DNA from: Candidatus Flemingiibacterium sp.
Lineage (GTDB): Bacteria > Bacillota > Clostridia > Oscillospirales > CAG-272
DNA: 58,288 nucleotides
Direction: 5' to 3'
Assembly: GCA_045579745.1 (NCBI GenBank)
Contig: JAZNMQ010000002.1
Coordinates: 1 to 58,288, forward strand
This document shows, in pieces, positions 8,211 through 17,379 of the stretch. The notes below the pieces were generated by a model. That model saw nothing but the letters and a program-made list of their open reading frames with translations. It searched no databases and was not told where the DNA came from. How positions within the stretch are numbered: the stretch's first letter is position 1; each line of letters begins with the position of its first letter. The translations under genes were made by a program, and so were the position numbers.

Positions 8211-8290
8211 AATTATAGCTCCTTCGAAATAAAAGTAAGCCGACGTCTGCTTCTGTTTATATTATAGCATTAAAATAGCTGCAGTAAAGG

Positions 8291-8308
8291 TATTGTTCGG
8301 AAACAATA
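8291..8308. promoter_or_regulatory. Palindrome TATTGTT-N4-AACAATA upstream of the XRE gene, candidate operator
   Basis: Perfect 7-4-7 inverted repeat just upstream of a TGnTATAAT -10 (8261-8269, minus strand). Confidence 0.35.
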
Positions 8309-8374
8309 TATTAACTCAAAGTTTAAAAAAAGTAGCATTGAGCCAAAATCAGAACAGTAAGCAAAGCTTTTTAT

Positions 8375-8416
8375 AAAAAACAGCTCTACTCCTTTTTTGA
8401 AAAGAGTAGAGCTGTT
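8375..8416 (-). terminator. Terminator of the minD-mgsA transcript
   Basis: AACAGCTCTACTC/GAGTAGAGCTGTT stem with T-tract on the minus strand. Confidence 0.75.
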
Positions 8417-8515
8417 AAATTTCAGATATCCTACGGAAGGTGATAATTATTTTCCCTGCCCGTTTGCTCAGGTACAGTCCGGCAAATGGCGCAGCACCTC
8501 CGTTGATCGTCCGTA

Positions 8516-8947
8516 TTATCTGAGATTCGCAGGACGATTATAATCCGACTTTGGATTTACGATCTCACGCCAATCAAGTCCTCCGTTTTCAAGCGCACAA
8601 ACCAAAACCTCTGCGGTTGCAATATTTGTCGCTACGGGAACATTATAAACATCACACATACGGAATAGATTGTTATGCTCTTCATCGTAAGCAGTATCTC
8701 TCGATGTATCGCGGAAATATATCAGCAAATCGATCTCGTTGTAAGCTATACGAGAGGTTATCTGCTGAGTACCGCCTTGGTTACCGGACAGCAATCTTTC
8801 AATACGCAGACCTGTGGCATCGGAAATATACTTTCCCGTAATACCTGTAGCACAAAGGTTGTGCTTACAAAGAATGCCGCAATATGCAATGCAAAATTGT
8901 GTCATTAACTCTTTTTTCTTATCATCCGCGATAATTGCAATCTCCAT
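8516..8947 (-). CDS. mgsA: Methylglyoxal synthase-like protein with degenerate active site
   Basis: MGS fold motifs (ATGxTG, LSG..GGxQQ, NVPVATNIATAE) but H19, D71 and H98 equivalents (E. coli numbering) replaced. Confidence 0.85.
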   Translation of the reverse strand: MEIAIIADDKKKELMTQFCIAYCGILCKHNLCATGITGKYISDATGLRIERLLSGNQGGTQQITSRIAYNEIDLLIYFRDTSRDTAYDEEHNNLFRMCDVYNVPVATNIATAEVLVCALENGGLDWREIVNPKSDYNRPANLR

Positions 8948-8978
8948 ATCTAATCCCTTTCTTTAAAAAGACGTGAAA

Positions 8979-9776
8979 CTAAATCTTATCAAAAAGGCGT
9001 TTTACCTGCCTTTTTGCCTTCATTCCACGAAATCCGTGGAACAATGGAACATATTTTCCGCAAAGTCTGCAAGCGATATTATCAAAGGCTACCGAAGCGT
9101 TGGAATTTTTAAGCTGGAAGGTTAATCTGCCATTTTCGGCAGCTATCATCAATTCGTTTTCAAACGGCACAATTCCACACAGCTGTATGTAGGATTTATC
9201 AATGATCTCATTGATTCCCGGGCGATTACCTTTTATTGCGCTTGCAAAGTCAAAGCTGTTTATTAAAAGCTTTTGCGCCGGAACATGGTTGTGCATGAGA
9301 TAATCACCGGTCTGTCCGGCAGCTCTAATGCTCGAGGGCTGATGCGATGCAACAATAATTGCGCTGTCTGCAACCTTGGAATTTAAAACCGCAGGAACAC
9401 CGAGCGAGCCCGGAGTGTCAAGCAGGATATAATCGAGCGGCAATAATTCCGTCGCATCATTGATTATCCGTCTGAATTCAGACGCGGTTATCTCATCGCC
9501 ACCTATGTACGGGGCAGCCAAAAACCATAGATTTTTTGAGCGTTCATCCTGAATGATTGCACGTTCAAGCGTTGCGCGCCCTTTTGCGACATCGTAGATG
9601 TCGTACATTATGTCGTTTTCCACACCGAGAACCAAATCAAGGCACCTCATATCGAAGTCGCAGTCTGCGAGAAGAACCTTTTTTCCACGGCGTGCAAGTG
9701 CCATTGCAAGATTGGCGGCAACCGTCGATTTACCGACTCCGCCCTTGCATGATGTAATCAAAGTAATTTTAGCCGT
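8979..9776 (-). CDS. minD: Septum site-determining ATPase MinD
   Basis: KGGVGKST deviant Walker A, DxDxxMRCLDLVLGVEN, C-terminal amphipathic KRLFDKI; start placed at ACG 9776 (GGAGG 8 nt upstream); start codon uncertain. Confidence 0.85.
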   Translation of the reverse strand, partial: TAKITLITSCKGGVGKSTVAANLAMALARRGKKVLLADCDFDMRCLDLVLGVENDIMYDIYDVAKGRATLERAIIQDERSKNLWFLAAPYIGGDEITASEFRRIINDATELLPLDYILLDTPGSLGVPAVLNSKVADSAIIVASHQPSSIRAAGQTGDYLMHNHVPAQKLLINSFDFASAIKGNRPGINEIIDKSYIQLCGIVPFENELMIAAENGRLTFQLKNSNASVAFDNIACRLCGKYVPLFHGFRGMKAKRQVKRLFDKI

Positions 9777-10142
9777 GTCAGAAACCTCCAGCCGTGCCAC
9801 AATCGCACAATGATTAAGTTCATAGCATGTCCACATAAAAATCGAGCAAAACTTGCTTTCTCTTTGCAAATATGCCATCGATGCACTATAATAATACCAT
9901 GTTTTTATCATTTTTGTCAATAGCATTGCTTGTATTTTTGCTTTGTTTTATATTTTTTTACATTTGTGAAAATAATGATTCATAATTAAAATGCCGTTTT
10001 TTGATTGTATTTTGCGTTTCAATATAAAATGAACTAAAATATTTCCATCAATTGCAGAAATATTTACAAAATGATTATTGTAATTTCAAGCGATTTATTG
10101 TATAATTATTTTAACTATTTTTATTTAAGGAGAATTTTATCC

Positions 10143-11390
10143 ATGGTTAAGAATAATATGGACTTTATCCGTCAATTCGACCCCGAAATTGGCGATGCAA
10201 TTGAAAAGGAATATGCCCGTCAGCAGAGAGGGCTTGAGCTTATTGCATCTGAAAACGTTGTATCTCCCGCAGTTATGGCTGCTATGGGAACAGTACTTAC
10301 CAACAAATACGCTGAGGGCTATCCCGGAAAGCGTTACTATGGCGGCTGCGAATGTGTTGACATTGCCGAGAATATTGCTATCGAGCGTGCAAAGAAGCTC
10401 TTTGGAGCAGAGCATGCTAATGTTCAGCCACACTCCGGCGCTCAGGCTAATATAGCCGTATACTTAGCCCTTCTTAATCCGGGCGACACCGTAATGGGTA
10501 TGAATCTTGCTCACGGTGGACATCTTACACACGGAAGCCCCGTAAACATCTCCGGTATTCTTTACAACTTCGTTCCTTACGGCGTTGAGGATGATACCGG
10601 AATGATTGACTACGACAAGGTAGAGTTCCTTGCTAAAGAAAACAAGCCTAAGCTGATTGTTGCAGGCGCATCCGCTTATCCCCGTGTTATCGACTTCAAG
10701 CGTCTTTCCGAGATTGCCAAGAGCGTCGGTGCATACTTCATGGTTGACATGGCGCACATCGCAGGACTTGTTGCCGCAGGACTCCATCCAAATCCTGTAC
10801 CGTATGCAGACGTTGTAACAACCACCACACACAAGACACTTCGCGGTCCTCGCGGAGGCATGATCCTCTGCCGTGAGGAGCTTGCAAAGGCTATCAACAA
10901 GGCTGTGTTCCCCGGAAATCAGGGCGGTCCGCTTATGCACGTTATCGCTTCAAAGGCAGTTTGCTTCGGCGAGGCTCTCAAGCCTGAATTCGCACTTTAT
11001 CAACAGCAGATTGTAAAGAATGCGAAGGCTTTGGCTGATTCCCTCATTGCAGAAGGCTTCGATCTCGTTTCGGGCGGCACAGATAACCACCTGATGCTCG
11101 TTGACCTTCGCAATATGAATGTTACGGGTAAAGATCTCGAGCACAAGCTCGACGAGGTGTATATCACTGTCAACAAGAACTCCGTGCCTAACGATCCGCA
11201 GTCTCCGTTTGTAACAAGCGGCGTTCGCATCGGCACGCCCGCTGTCACATCCCGCGGACTTGTCGAGGAAGATATGAAGACAATCGCACGCCTTATCAAG
11301 CTCACAGTCACAGATTTTGATAATTCTGCTGACTACATCCGCTCAGAGGTTACAAAGATTTGCAATAAGTATCCGCTTTACGAGGGCTAA
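10143..11390 (+). CDS. glyA: Serine hydroxymethyltransferase
   Basis: [35 protein letters not shown]; RBS AAGGAG before ATG 10143. Confidence 0.98.
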   Translation: MVKNNMDFIRQFDPEIGDAIEKEYARQQRGLELIASENVVSPAVMAAMGTVLTNKYAEGYPGKRYYGGCECVDIAENIAIERAKKLFGAEHANVQPHSGAQANIAVYLALLNPGDTVMGMNLAHGGHLTHGSPVNISGILYNFVPYGVEDDTGMIDYDKVEFLAKENKPKLIVAGASAYPRVIDFKRLSEIAKSVGAYFMVDMAHIAGLVAAGLHPNPVPYADVVTTTTHKTLRGPRGGMILCREELAKAINKAVFPGNQGGPLMHVIASKAVCFGEALKPEFALYQQQIVKNAKALADSLIAEGFDLVSGGTDNHLMLVDLRNMNVTGKDLEHKLDEVYITVNKNSVPNDPQSPFVTSGVRIGTPAVTSRGLVEEDMKTIARLIKLTVTDFDNSADYIRSEVTKICNKYPLYEG

Positions 11391-11423
11391 TATTTAAATT
11401 TTGCAATTATTCGGAGTGATTAT

Positions 11424-12683
11424 ATGATTACAATTCGGAGTGCTGAAATTCTATGTGTCGGCACCGAGCTGCTGCTCGGCGATATAGTCAACACAGATGC
11501 GGCATTCATTTCCCGGCGTCTTGCCGGACTTGGCATCAATCAATTTTATCAAGGTGTTGTAGGTGACAATCCTGCTCGTCTGGAGATAGCTTTAAAGCTA
11601 TCTCTTGAACGAAGCGACCTGATAATACTGACAGGCGGACTCGGTCCCACTTATGATGATCTGACCAAGGAAACCGCCGCAAAGCTCATGGGACGTTCAA
11701 TGTTCATGCACGAGGAAAGCCTTGAGCGAATGATGGCAAGGCTCAACCGTTACGGCAAGGCAATGACCGAAAATAACAAAAAGCAGGCAATGATGCCCGA
11801 GGGAGCGATTGTATTCAAAAACGACTACGGCACAGCCCCCGGACTTGCCATCGAGGATGAAGCGAAAGGAAAGGTTATTATCCTTCTTCCGGGTCCTCCT
11901 CGCGAGCTTGAACCGATGTTCGTTGAGCAGGTCGAGCCGTACCTGAAAAAATTCTCCGACCATCTGCTTTACTCCAAAAATGTCAACATATTCGGCATGG
12001 GCGAATCAAGAGTTGAAGCAATTCTTCGAGAAATGATGCTCGAATCAAAGAATCCCACCATTGCACCGTATGCTAAAGAGGGCGAGGTTTTGCTTCGCGT
12101 AACAGCTTCGGGAAAAAGCGAGAGCGAATGTGCGGCTCTGTGCGATGAGGCAATCGCAAGGATCCGCGAAACTGAAGTTGGAGAAATGATTTACGGCATA
12201 GATGCAGGCTCACTTGAGCAGAGTCTTGTTAACGAGCTCTGCCGCCAAAAAAAGACAATAGCGTGCGCTGAATCCTGCACGGGCGGATATGTTGCAAAGC
12301 GAATAACAAATATCAGCGGCTCGAGCGAGGTGCTCGAGGGAAGTATTGTCACCTACGCAAACCGAATAAAGGAACAGTTTGTAAATGTTTCACATGAAAC
12401 ACTCGAAAAGCATGGAGCGGTATCGCGTGAAACGGCAATCGAAATGGCTCGAGGCGTCAGAGCGCTGTTCGGCTCAGATATCGGCATTTCAACTACAGGA
12501 ATTGCCGGGCCGACCGGAGGAACCGCAGATAAGCCCGTAGGACTTGTATACGTCGGCGTATCATACGGTGACAAAGAGGAGGTCCGCGAGCTGAGCATCG
12601 GCAACGGCCTTGCAACACGAGAATATATCAGATATGTATCGGCAAGCAATGCGCTTGATTTGGCGCGCCGAATACTACTGTAA
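11424..12683 (+). CDS. cinA: Competence/damage-inducible protein CinA (MoCF-like domain + PncC NMN deamidase)
   Basis: VGTELLLG, TGGLGPTYDDLT, LPGPPRE, AESCTGG, TGIAGPTGG. Confidence 0.95.
   Translation: MITIRSAEILCVGTELLLGDIVNTDAAFISRRLAGLGINQFYQGVVGDNPARLEIALKLSLERSDLIILTGGLGPTYDDLTKETAAKLMGRSMFMHEESLERMMARLNRYGKAMTENNKKQAMMPEGAIVFKNDYGTAPGLAIEDEAKGKVIILLPGPPRELEPMFVEQVEPYLKKFSDHLLYSKNVNIFGMGESRVEAILREMMLESKNPTIAPYAKEGEVLLRVTASGKSESECAALCDEAIARIRETEVGEMIYGIDAGSLEQSLVNELCRQKKTIACAESCTGGYVAKRITNISGSSEVLEGSIVTYANRIKEQFVNVSHETLEKHGAVSRETAIEMARGVRALFGSDIGISTTGIAGPTGGTADKPVGLVYVGVSYGDKEEVRELSIGNGLATREYIRYVSASNALDLARRILL
12386..12401. promoter_or_regulatory. parS site (1 mismatch) inside cinA
   Basis: TGTTTCACATGAAACA versus consensus TGTTTCACGTGAAACA. 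Confidence 0.7.
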
Positions 12684-12712
12684 CCATCAAAGTCAAGAAA
12701 GGAAGCTCTATC

Positions 12713-13993
12713 ATGAATGCAACTGCGCTAATTAACGCAATCAAAGGCGGAGAGTATACCGCTATTTTCACTGAGCTTTACGGAGAGGAGAATGTAAAGC
12801 TTCAGGAAGCTCGCTATATCAATGTAGTAAACGAATTTGCTAAAATGTTTGGCGGCGAGCGCGAAATTTCGCTGTTCTCTGTCGCAGGAAGAAGCGAAAT
12901 TTCCGGAAACCACACAGATCACAACTACGGACGCGTTCTTGCGGCATCCATTAATCTCGATATCATCGCGGCAGCTTCTCCGAGAGATGATTTGCGTGTC
13001 AATATCAAATCAGAGGGCTTCCCTATTGATGAGGTTGATATAACCAATCCTACAGTTGACGAAGCACTTTATTACACTTCAAAATCTATTATTTCGGGAA
13101 TGTGCAGCGGATTTTTGAAATACGGTCACAAGGTCGGCGGCTATGATGCTTACACCACCTCCAACGTATTCAAGGGCTCCGGTCTTTCATCCTCTGCGGC
13201 ATTCGAGGATATGGTCGGACTGATCCTCAACGGCTTTTACAACGACGGAAAGGTCGAAAATGCCGAGATAGCAAAAATAGCACAGTACTCTGAAAACGTA
13301 TTCTTTGGAAAGCCAAGCGGACTTATGGACCAAACAGCCTGCGCAGTAGGCGGTTTTGTAGCCATTGATTTCAAAAACCCCACGGAGCCTATAATCGAGA
13401 AGCTCCCATTTGACCTTACAGCGGCAGGCTACAGCCTTTGCATTGTCAATACAGGCGGAAACCACGCTGACCTCAACGAGGATTATGCTTCCGTTCCTGC
13501 AGAAATGAAAAAGGTTGCATCATATTTCGGGAAGCCCGTGCTTCGCGAAGTTAAGCTTGAAGAGATCCTCAAAAACATCGAGGCGCTTCGTAAGTTCGCA
13601 GGCGACCGTGCAATAATGCGTGCCATCCATTTCCTGAATGAAAATGAGCGTGTAGCTGCTCAAACCGAGGCACTCAAATCCGGCGACATCGACGCATTCC
13701 TGAGCGATGTAATCGCATCGGGCAATTCAAGCTATAAGTATCTGCAAAACGTCTTCACCGTTAAAAACGTTAACGAGCAGGGGCTTTCGCTCGCGCTCTG
13801 TCTTGCAGAGCTTGCACTTTCGGGCAAAAAAGCCGCTTACCGCGTTCATGGCGGAGGTTTTGCAGGCACAATTCAGGCATTTGTAAAGAACGAGGACGTT
13901 GCTGATTTCCGCTCTGCTCTTGACGAGGCATTCGGCGACGGAGCAACGACTGTTCTCAAGGTTCGCCCGTACGGTGCAATCCGCATCCAATAA
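12713..13993 (+). CDS. galK: Galactokinase-family GHMP sugar kinase
   Basis: GRSEISGNHTDH, GSGLSSSAAFE, GKPSGLMDQ, RVHGGGFAG. Confidence 0.85.
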   Translation: MNATALINAIKGGEYTAIFTELYGEENVKLQEARYINVVNEFAKMFGGEREISLFSVAGRSEISGNHTDHNYGRVLAASINLDIIAAASPRDDLRVNIKSEGFPIDEVDITNPTVDEALYYTSKSIISGMCSGFLKYGHKVGGYDAYTTSNVFKGSGLSSSAAFEDMVGLILNGFYNDGKVENAEIAKIAQYSENVFFGKPSGLMDQTACAVGGFVAIDFKNPTEPIIEKLPFDLTAAGYSLCIVNTGGNHADLNEDYASVPAEMKKVASYFGKPVLREVKLEEILKNIEALRKFAGDRAIMRAIHFLNENERVAAQTEALKSGDIDAFLSDVIASGNSSYKYLQNVFTVKNVNEQGLSLALCLAELALSGKKAAYRVHGGGFAGTIQAFVKNEDVADFRSALDEAFGDGATTVLKVRPYGAIRIQ

Positions 13994-14466
13994 TGGCAAA
14001 AAAGAAGAAACGCTCGAATTTGACCTCTTTTGCAGGTTCGCTTGAATCGTCAAAGGAGGTCAAAGCCTCAATTAAACGCTTTAATTTCAAGCGCGCAATC
14101 ATCATTCTGCTATCGACGCTTGCTGCATTCAGCTTACTTGAAGCAGTTGTCGGATTTGAGGCATCGCGCGGGATGCAGATCAGCATTATTACGATAGTCT
14201 ATTATATTATCGCAACGATATTGTTTCTTGCAATAGTGTTTTTGAACCGAGGACTGTCAAAATCGGAGCTCACACCCGAGATGCTCGACGAAGGAACTCC
14301 GCCCGAGGAAGCCTCACGCATTTGCAGTCTTGTCAACAGACAAAAGAAAATTGCAAAAAAATTAATGCTCGTCTTAATTCCGCTTGTGTTATCAATACTT
14401 CTTGATATGCTGTATCTTTTTTACAGCGATTTCTTCAAGGGAATAATTGACGCTCTGACAATATGA
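13993..14466 (+). CDS. Hypothetical membrane protein (about 3 TM helices)
   Basis: Translationally coupled ORF with hydrophobic segments. Confidence 0.8.
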   Translation: MAKKKKRSNLTSFAGSLESSKEVKASIKRFNFKRAIIILLSTLAAFSLLEAVVGFEASRGMQISIITIVYYIIATILFLAIVFLNRGLSKSELTPEMLDEGTPPEEASRICSLVNRQKKIAKKLMLVLIPLVLSILLDMLYLFYSDFFKGIIDALTI

Positions 14467-15260
14467 TGACTGATACAATAAATCAATTTACCGTCTACGC
14501 CTTGGCATCCGGCTCCAAGGGCAACTCTGTATATGTACGCCTTGGCGAGGACGAGCTCCTGATCGACGCCGGAACAAGCTGTAAGAATATCTGCTGCGCC
14601 TTAAATTCAATCGGCACGGATATCAGGAATATCAAAGCTATTTTTATAACGCACGAGCACAGCGACCATGTTTCGGCTCTTGAAACAATCTCAAAAAAGT
14701 ACGCTATTCCCGTGCATTTCACCGAACAGTCCGCAAGGGTGCATCTGAACTCGTCAAAAACCGAAAACACATCGAATGTCGCGGTGATTCATCCGCCAAT
14801 TTACAGCGAAATCGTTGGAGATCTGACCGTGCGTTCATTTGCAACACCTCACGACAGCGTATCAAGCGTAGGCTTTGTAGTATCGGACGGAACCGCCGAG
14901 CATACTCTCGCGTTAGCTACCGATATCGGATGTGTGACAGACGAAATTTCAGACGCGCTTATCGGCGTAGAAAATGTAATACTTGAATCAAATCATGACG
15001 AAAATATGCTGCTTTGCGGAGATTATCCGTATGAACTCAAGCGACGCATACGGTCCGACTACGGTCATCTTTCAAACGAATCCGCCGCAATTTTCATCAG
15101 CAGACTTGCAAGATCCGGAACAAAGCGGATCATGCTTGCTCATTTGAGTAGGGAAAATAATCTTCCCGAGCTTGCATATCAAACCGCTCTCGATGTATTA
15201 AAAGGCACCGATGTCCATCTATCCGTCGCCGCACCGAATACCCCAACGAGGCTTGTATAA
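14463..15260 (+). CDS. yycJ: MBL-fold metallo-hydrolase, YycJ/WalJ family
   Basis: LASGSKGNS, THEHSDH, ESNHD, GHLSN, LAHLSRENN; upstream of rlmH as is usual. Confidence 0.9.
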   Translation: MMTDTINQFTVYALASGSKGNSVYVRLGEDELLIDAGTSCKNICCALNSIGTDIRNIKAIFITHEHSDHVSALETISKKYAIPVHFTEQSARVHLNSSKTENTSNVAVIHPPIYSEIVGDLTVRSFATPHDSVSSVGFVVSDGTAEHTLALATDIGCVTDEISDALIGVENVILESNHDENMLLCGDYPYELKRRIRSDYGHLSNESAAIFISRLARSGTKRIMLAHLSRENNLPELAYQTALDVLKGTDVHLSVAAPNTPTRLV

Positions 15261-15264
15261 GATT

Positions 15265-15747
15265 ATGCTTAGAATACATATTGTCCATGTGGGAACTATA
15301 AAAGAAAAATATTTAAGCGATGCCGTGGCTGAATACGAGAAACGCCTGAGCGCATACTGCTCTGTCGATAATATTTCCGTTCGCGAGGAAAGGCTTCCCG
15401 ATAAGCCCTCTCAAGCCGAAATTCAAACCGCATTGAAGCGCGAGGGAGAGCGAATTTTGACTTCTCTGCCTCAACGAAGCTATAACATCGCACTTTGTGT
15501 TGAGGGCAAGCAAATGCCGAGCGAGGCATTTGCCGAGCGCATTACATCGATCACCAACGACGGCTATTCGGATATCTGTCTGATTATCGGCGGCTCTGAC
15601 GGGTTGTCTGACGAGGTCAAGCGCTCCTGTCACATGCGTCTTTCACTCTCCGAAATGACCTTTCCGCATCAGCTTATGCGTGTGATTCTGCTCGAACAGC
15701 TCTACCGCGCATTCAACATCCGAGCAGGTGGAAAATACCACAAATAA
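15265..15747 (+). CDS. rlmH: 23S rRNA pseudouridine-1915 N3-methyltransferase
   Basis: VGTIKEKYL, IIGGSDGL, MTFPHQLMRVILLEQLYRA, KYHK. Confidence 0.96.
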   Translation: MLRIHIVHVGTIKEKYLSDAVAEYEKRLSAYCSVDNISVREERLPDKPSQAEIQTALKREGERILTSLPQRSYNIALCVEGKQMPSEAFAERITSITNDGYSDICLIIGGSDGLSDEVKRSCHMRLSLSEMTFPHQLMRVILLEQLYRAFNIRAGGKYHK

Positions 15748-15797
15748 TCGCTGTGTGTGGTTGATATCTCCAAACGTTTTATGAAAGGAATCCTCAT

Positions 15798-17312
15798 ATG
15801 AGAAACATACTAAAAAAAATAGCGGTGCGAATCATTCCGATTGGCATTATGGCTTTTTTGATAGTTTCAGCAATTGCATATCAGCGTGGGGTTTATGATA
15901 TTACCTTCATTGAACGTCCGGATAACGATACCACCACCTCGCAGGACAGAGTCGAAGACACATCTCCGATTGACACAGGAACTCCATCGAGCCCCAAGGA
16001 TACAAGCTCTGCCGATACAAATCAGGATGAAACAGCTCCTCCCCCTCTCACAGATACAAAATCTCAAACAATCGCAAATTTTCTTGCCTCGCTTGATAAA
16101 ACGAGTGCGCTTATCTCAGACGGATATCTAATTACCGATGCAAAATATGACGCATCAACAAAGCTCACACTTCAATCGCCGTCTATCACTCCCAATCCCA
16201 TCTTCTCGATTCGAGCGAAAACAATATTGGTTTCTGAGCGAATATATGACGAGCTTGACAGCAGCTATACTACCGTTATGAACGCCTCTGAAGTTGCACG
16301 TCCGCATATTGAAGCATATATGGATTATATTCTTGTTGATAACGGAAGAACGGTCGATGTTCTCGCGAAGGACGGAACTATTCTTTATAAGAGCTTTGAT
16401 ATTGACAAATATATGCCTGCATATACACGAGATAAGAACGATCACGCACTTTTCAAGACCGAAGAGCCATCTCAAAGCAAATCCGGCGCAAAAATCATCA
16501 AATACTATTTTCTCGACGAAACCGGAAAGCTTATTGAAAGCGATTACATCGACGAGGCTGATAATCGCGGCTTATACGCCAATTACCCGACCTATTACGG
16601 AAAGACAGACAACAACTATTATGCCTATTACAAAAACGGCTACTTCGGTTACGGAAACCAAAACAAATATATGAGTACATCCTATCGCTACAAGCAAGCT
16701 TATAACTTCAGCGAGGGATTTGCGTGCACAATTGACGATAACGGTGTCGTGAAATTCATTCAGAAATGGTTTTACGCCCAGATTACAAACACGAAAATAT
16801 ATATCAACTCGTCAAGACGCCGTGTATATGCCAACTATAAAGCACCCGATACAAAAGGTATAGAATCAATCGGTTTCTTTTATTTCGACCACGGTTTAGT
16901 GCGTGTCAGAAATCAGGAGTATGATGCCTATCACTACGAGACGATGAATAAAATCGACGTCACAATTGACGAAGATTATATTATAAAGTCAGATGGCAAA
17001 AGGTTCCCCACTCCCCCCGATTACACCATAAAAGGTTACTCTGACGGAGTAATTTTGCTTGAAAAAGACGGTTATTACGGCTTCATGGATTATACCGGAA
17101 AATGGATTGCTGACCCAATCTACACAAGTGCAAGTCCATTCAACGAGGGCCTTGCCGTAGTTGAGCTGGACGGCGTATACGGTATGATAGACACAAACGG
17201 TGAATTTGTTATTCCGCTTGCCTTCGACTATGTCGGCAGTGCAACGGGCGGCATCGTAACCGCCTACGATGAAGGATGCGGTTGGCAAATTTTCAATAAA
17301 ATGCAAAAATAA
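15798..17312 (+). CDS. Membrane-anchored WG-repeat (KWG-like) protein
   Basis: N-terminal TM, T/S/D linker, repeats FSEGFA, YGFMDYTGKW, FNEGLAVV, YGMIDTNGEFVIP. Confidence 0.85.
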   Translation: MRNILKKIAVRIIPIGIMAFLIVSAIAYQRGVYDITFIERPDNDTTTSQDRVEDTSPIDTGTPSSPKDTSSADTNQDETAPPPLTDTKSQTIANFLASLDKTSALISDGYLITDAKYDASTKLTLQSPSITPNPIFSIRAKTILVSERIYDELDSSYTTVMNASEVARPHIEAYMDYILVDNGRTVDVLAKDGTILYKSFDIDKYMPAYTRDKNDHALFKTEEPSQSKSGAKIIKYYFLDETGKLIESDYIDEADNRGLYANYPTYYGKTDNNYYAYYKNGYFGYGNQNKYMSTSYRYKQAYNFSEGFACTIDDNGVVKFIQKWFYAQITNTKIYINSSRRRVYANYKAPDTKGIESIGFFYFDHGLVRVRNQEYDAYHYETMNKIDVTIDEDYIIKSDGKRFPTPPDYTIKGYSDGVILLEKDGYYGFMDYTGKWIADPIYTSASPFNEGLAVVELDGVYGMIDTNGEFVIPLAFDYVGSATGGIVTAYDEGCGWQIFNKMQK

Positions 17313-17379
17313 GATATTGATGAAGTCTTGTGCGGCTTCATCAATATTTCATTAATACTACGAAAGAATATTGTGTATT

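Noticed and set aside
7485-8267. 260-aa plus-strand ORF opposite the XRE regulator
   Set aside because: Antisense shadow of a well-supported gene; no motifs or RBS
15730-15800. rlmH 3' end as an occupied integration site
   Set aside because: No recombinase or duplicated att sequence noticed; downstream gene is co-oriented and compositionally like the core
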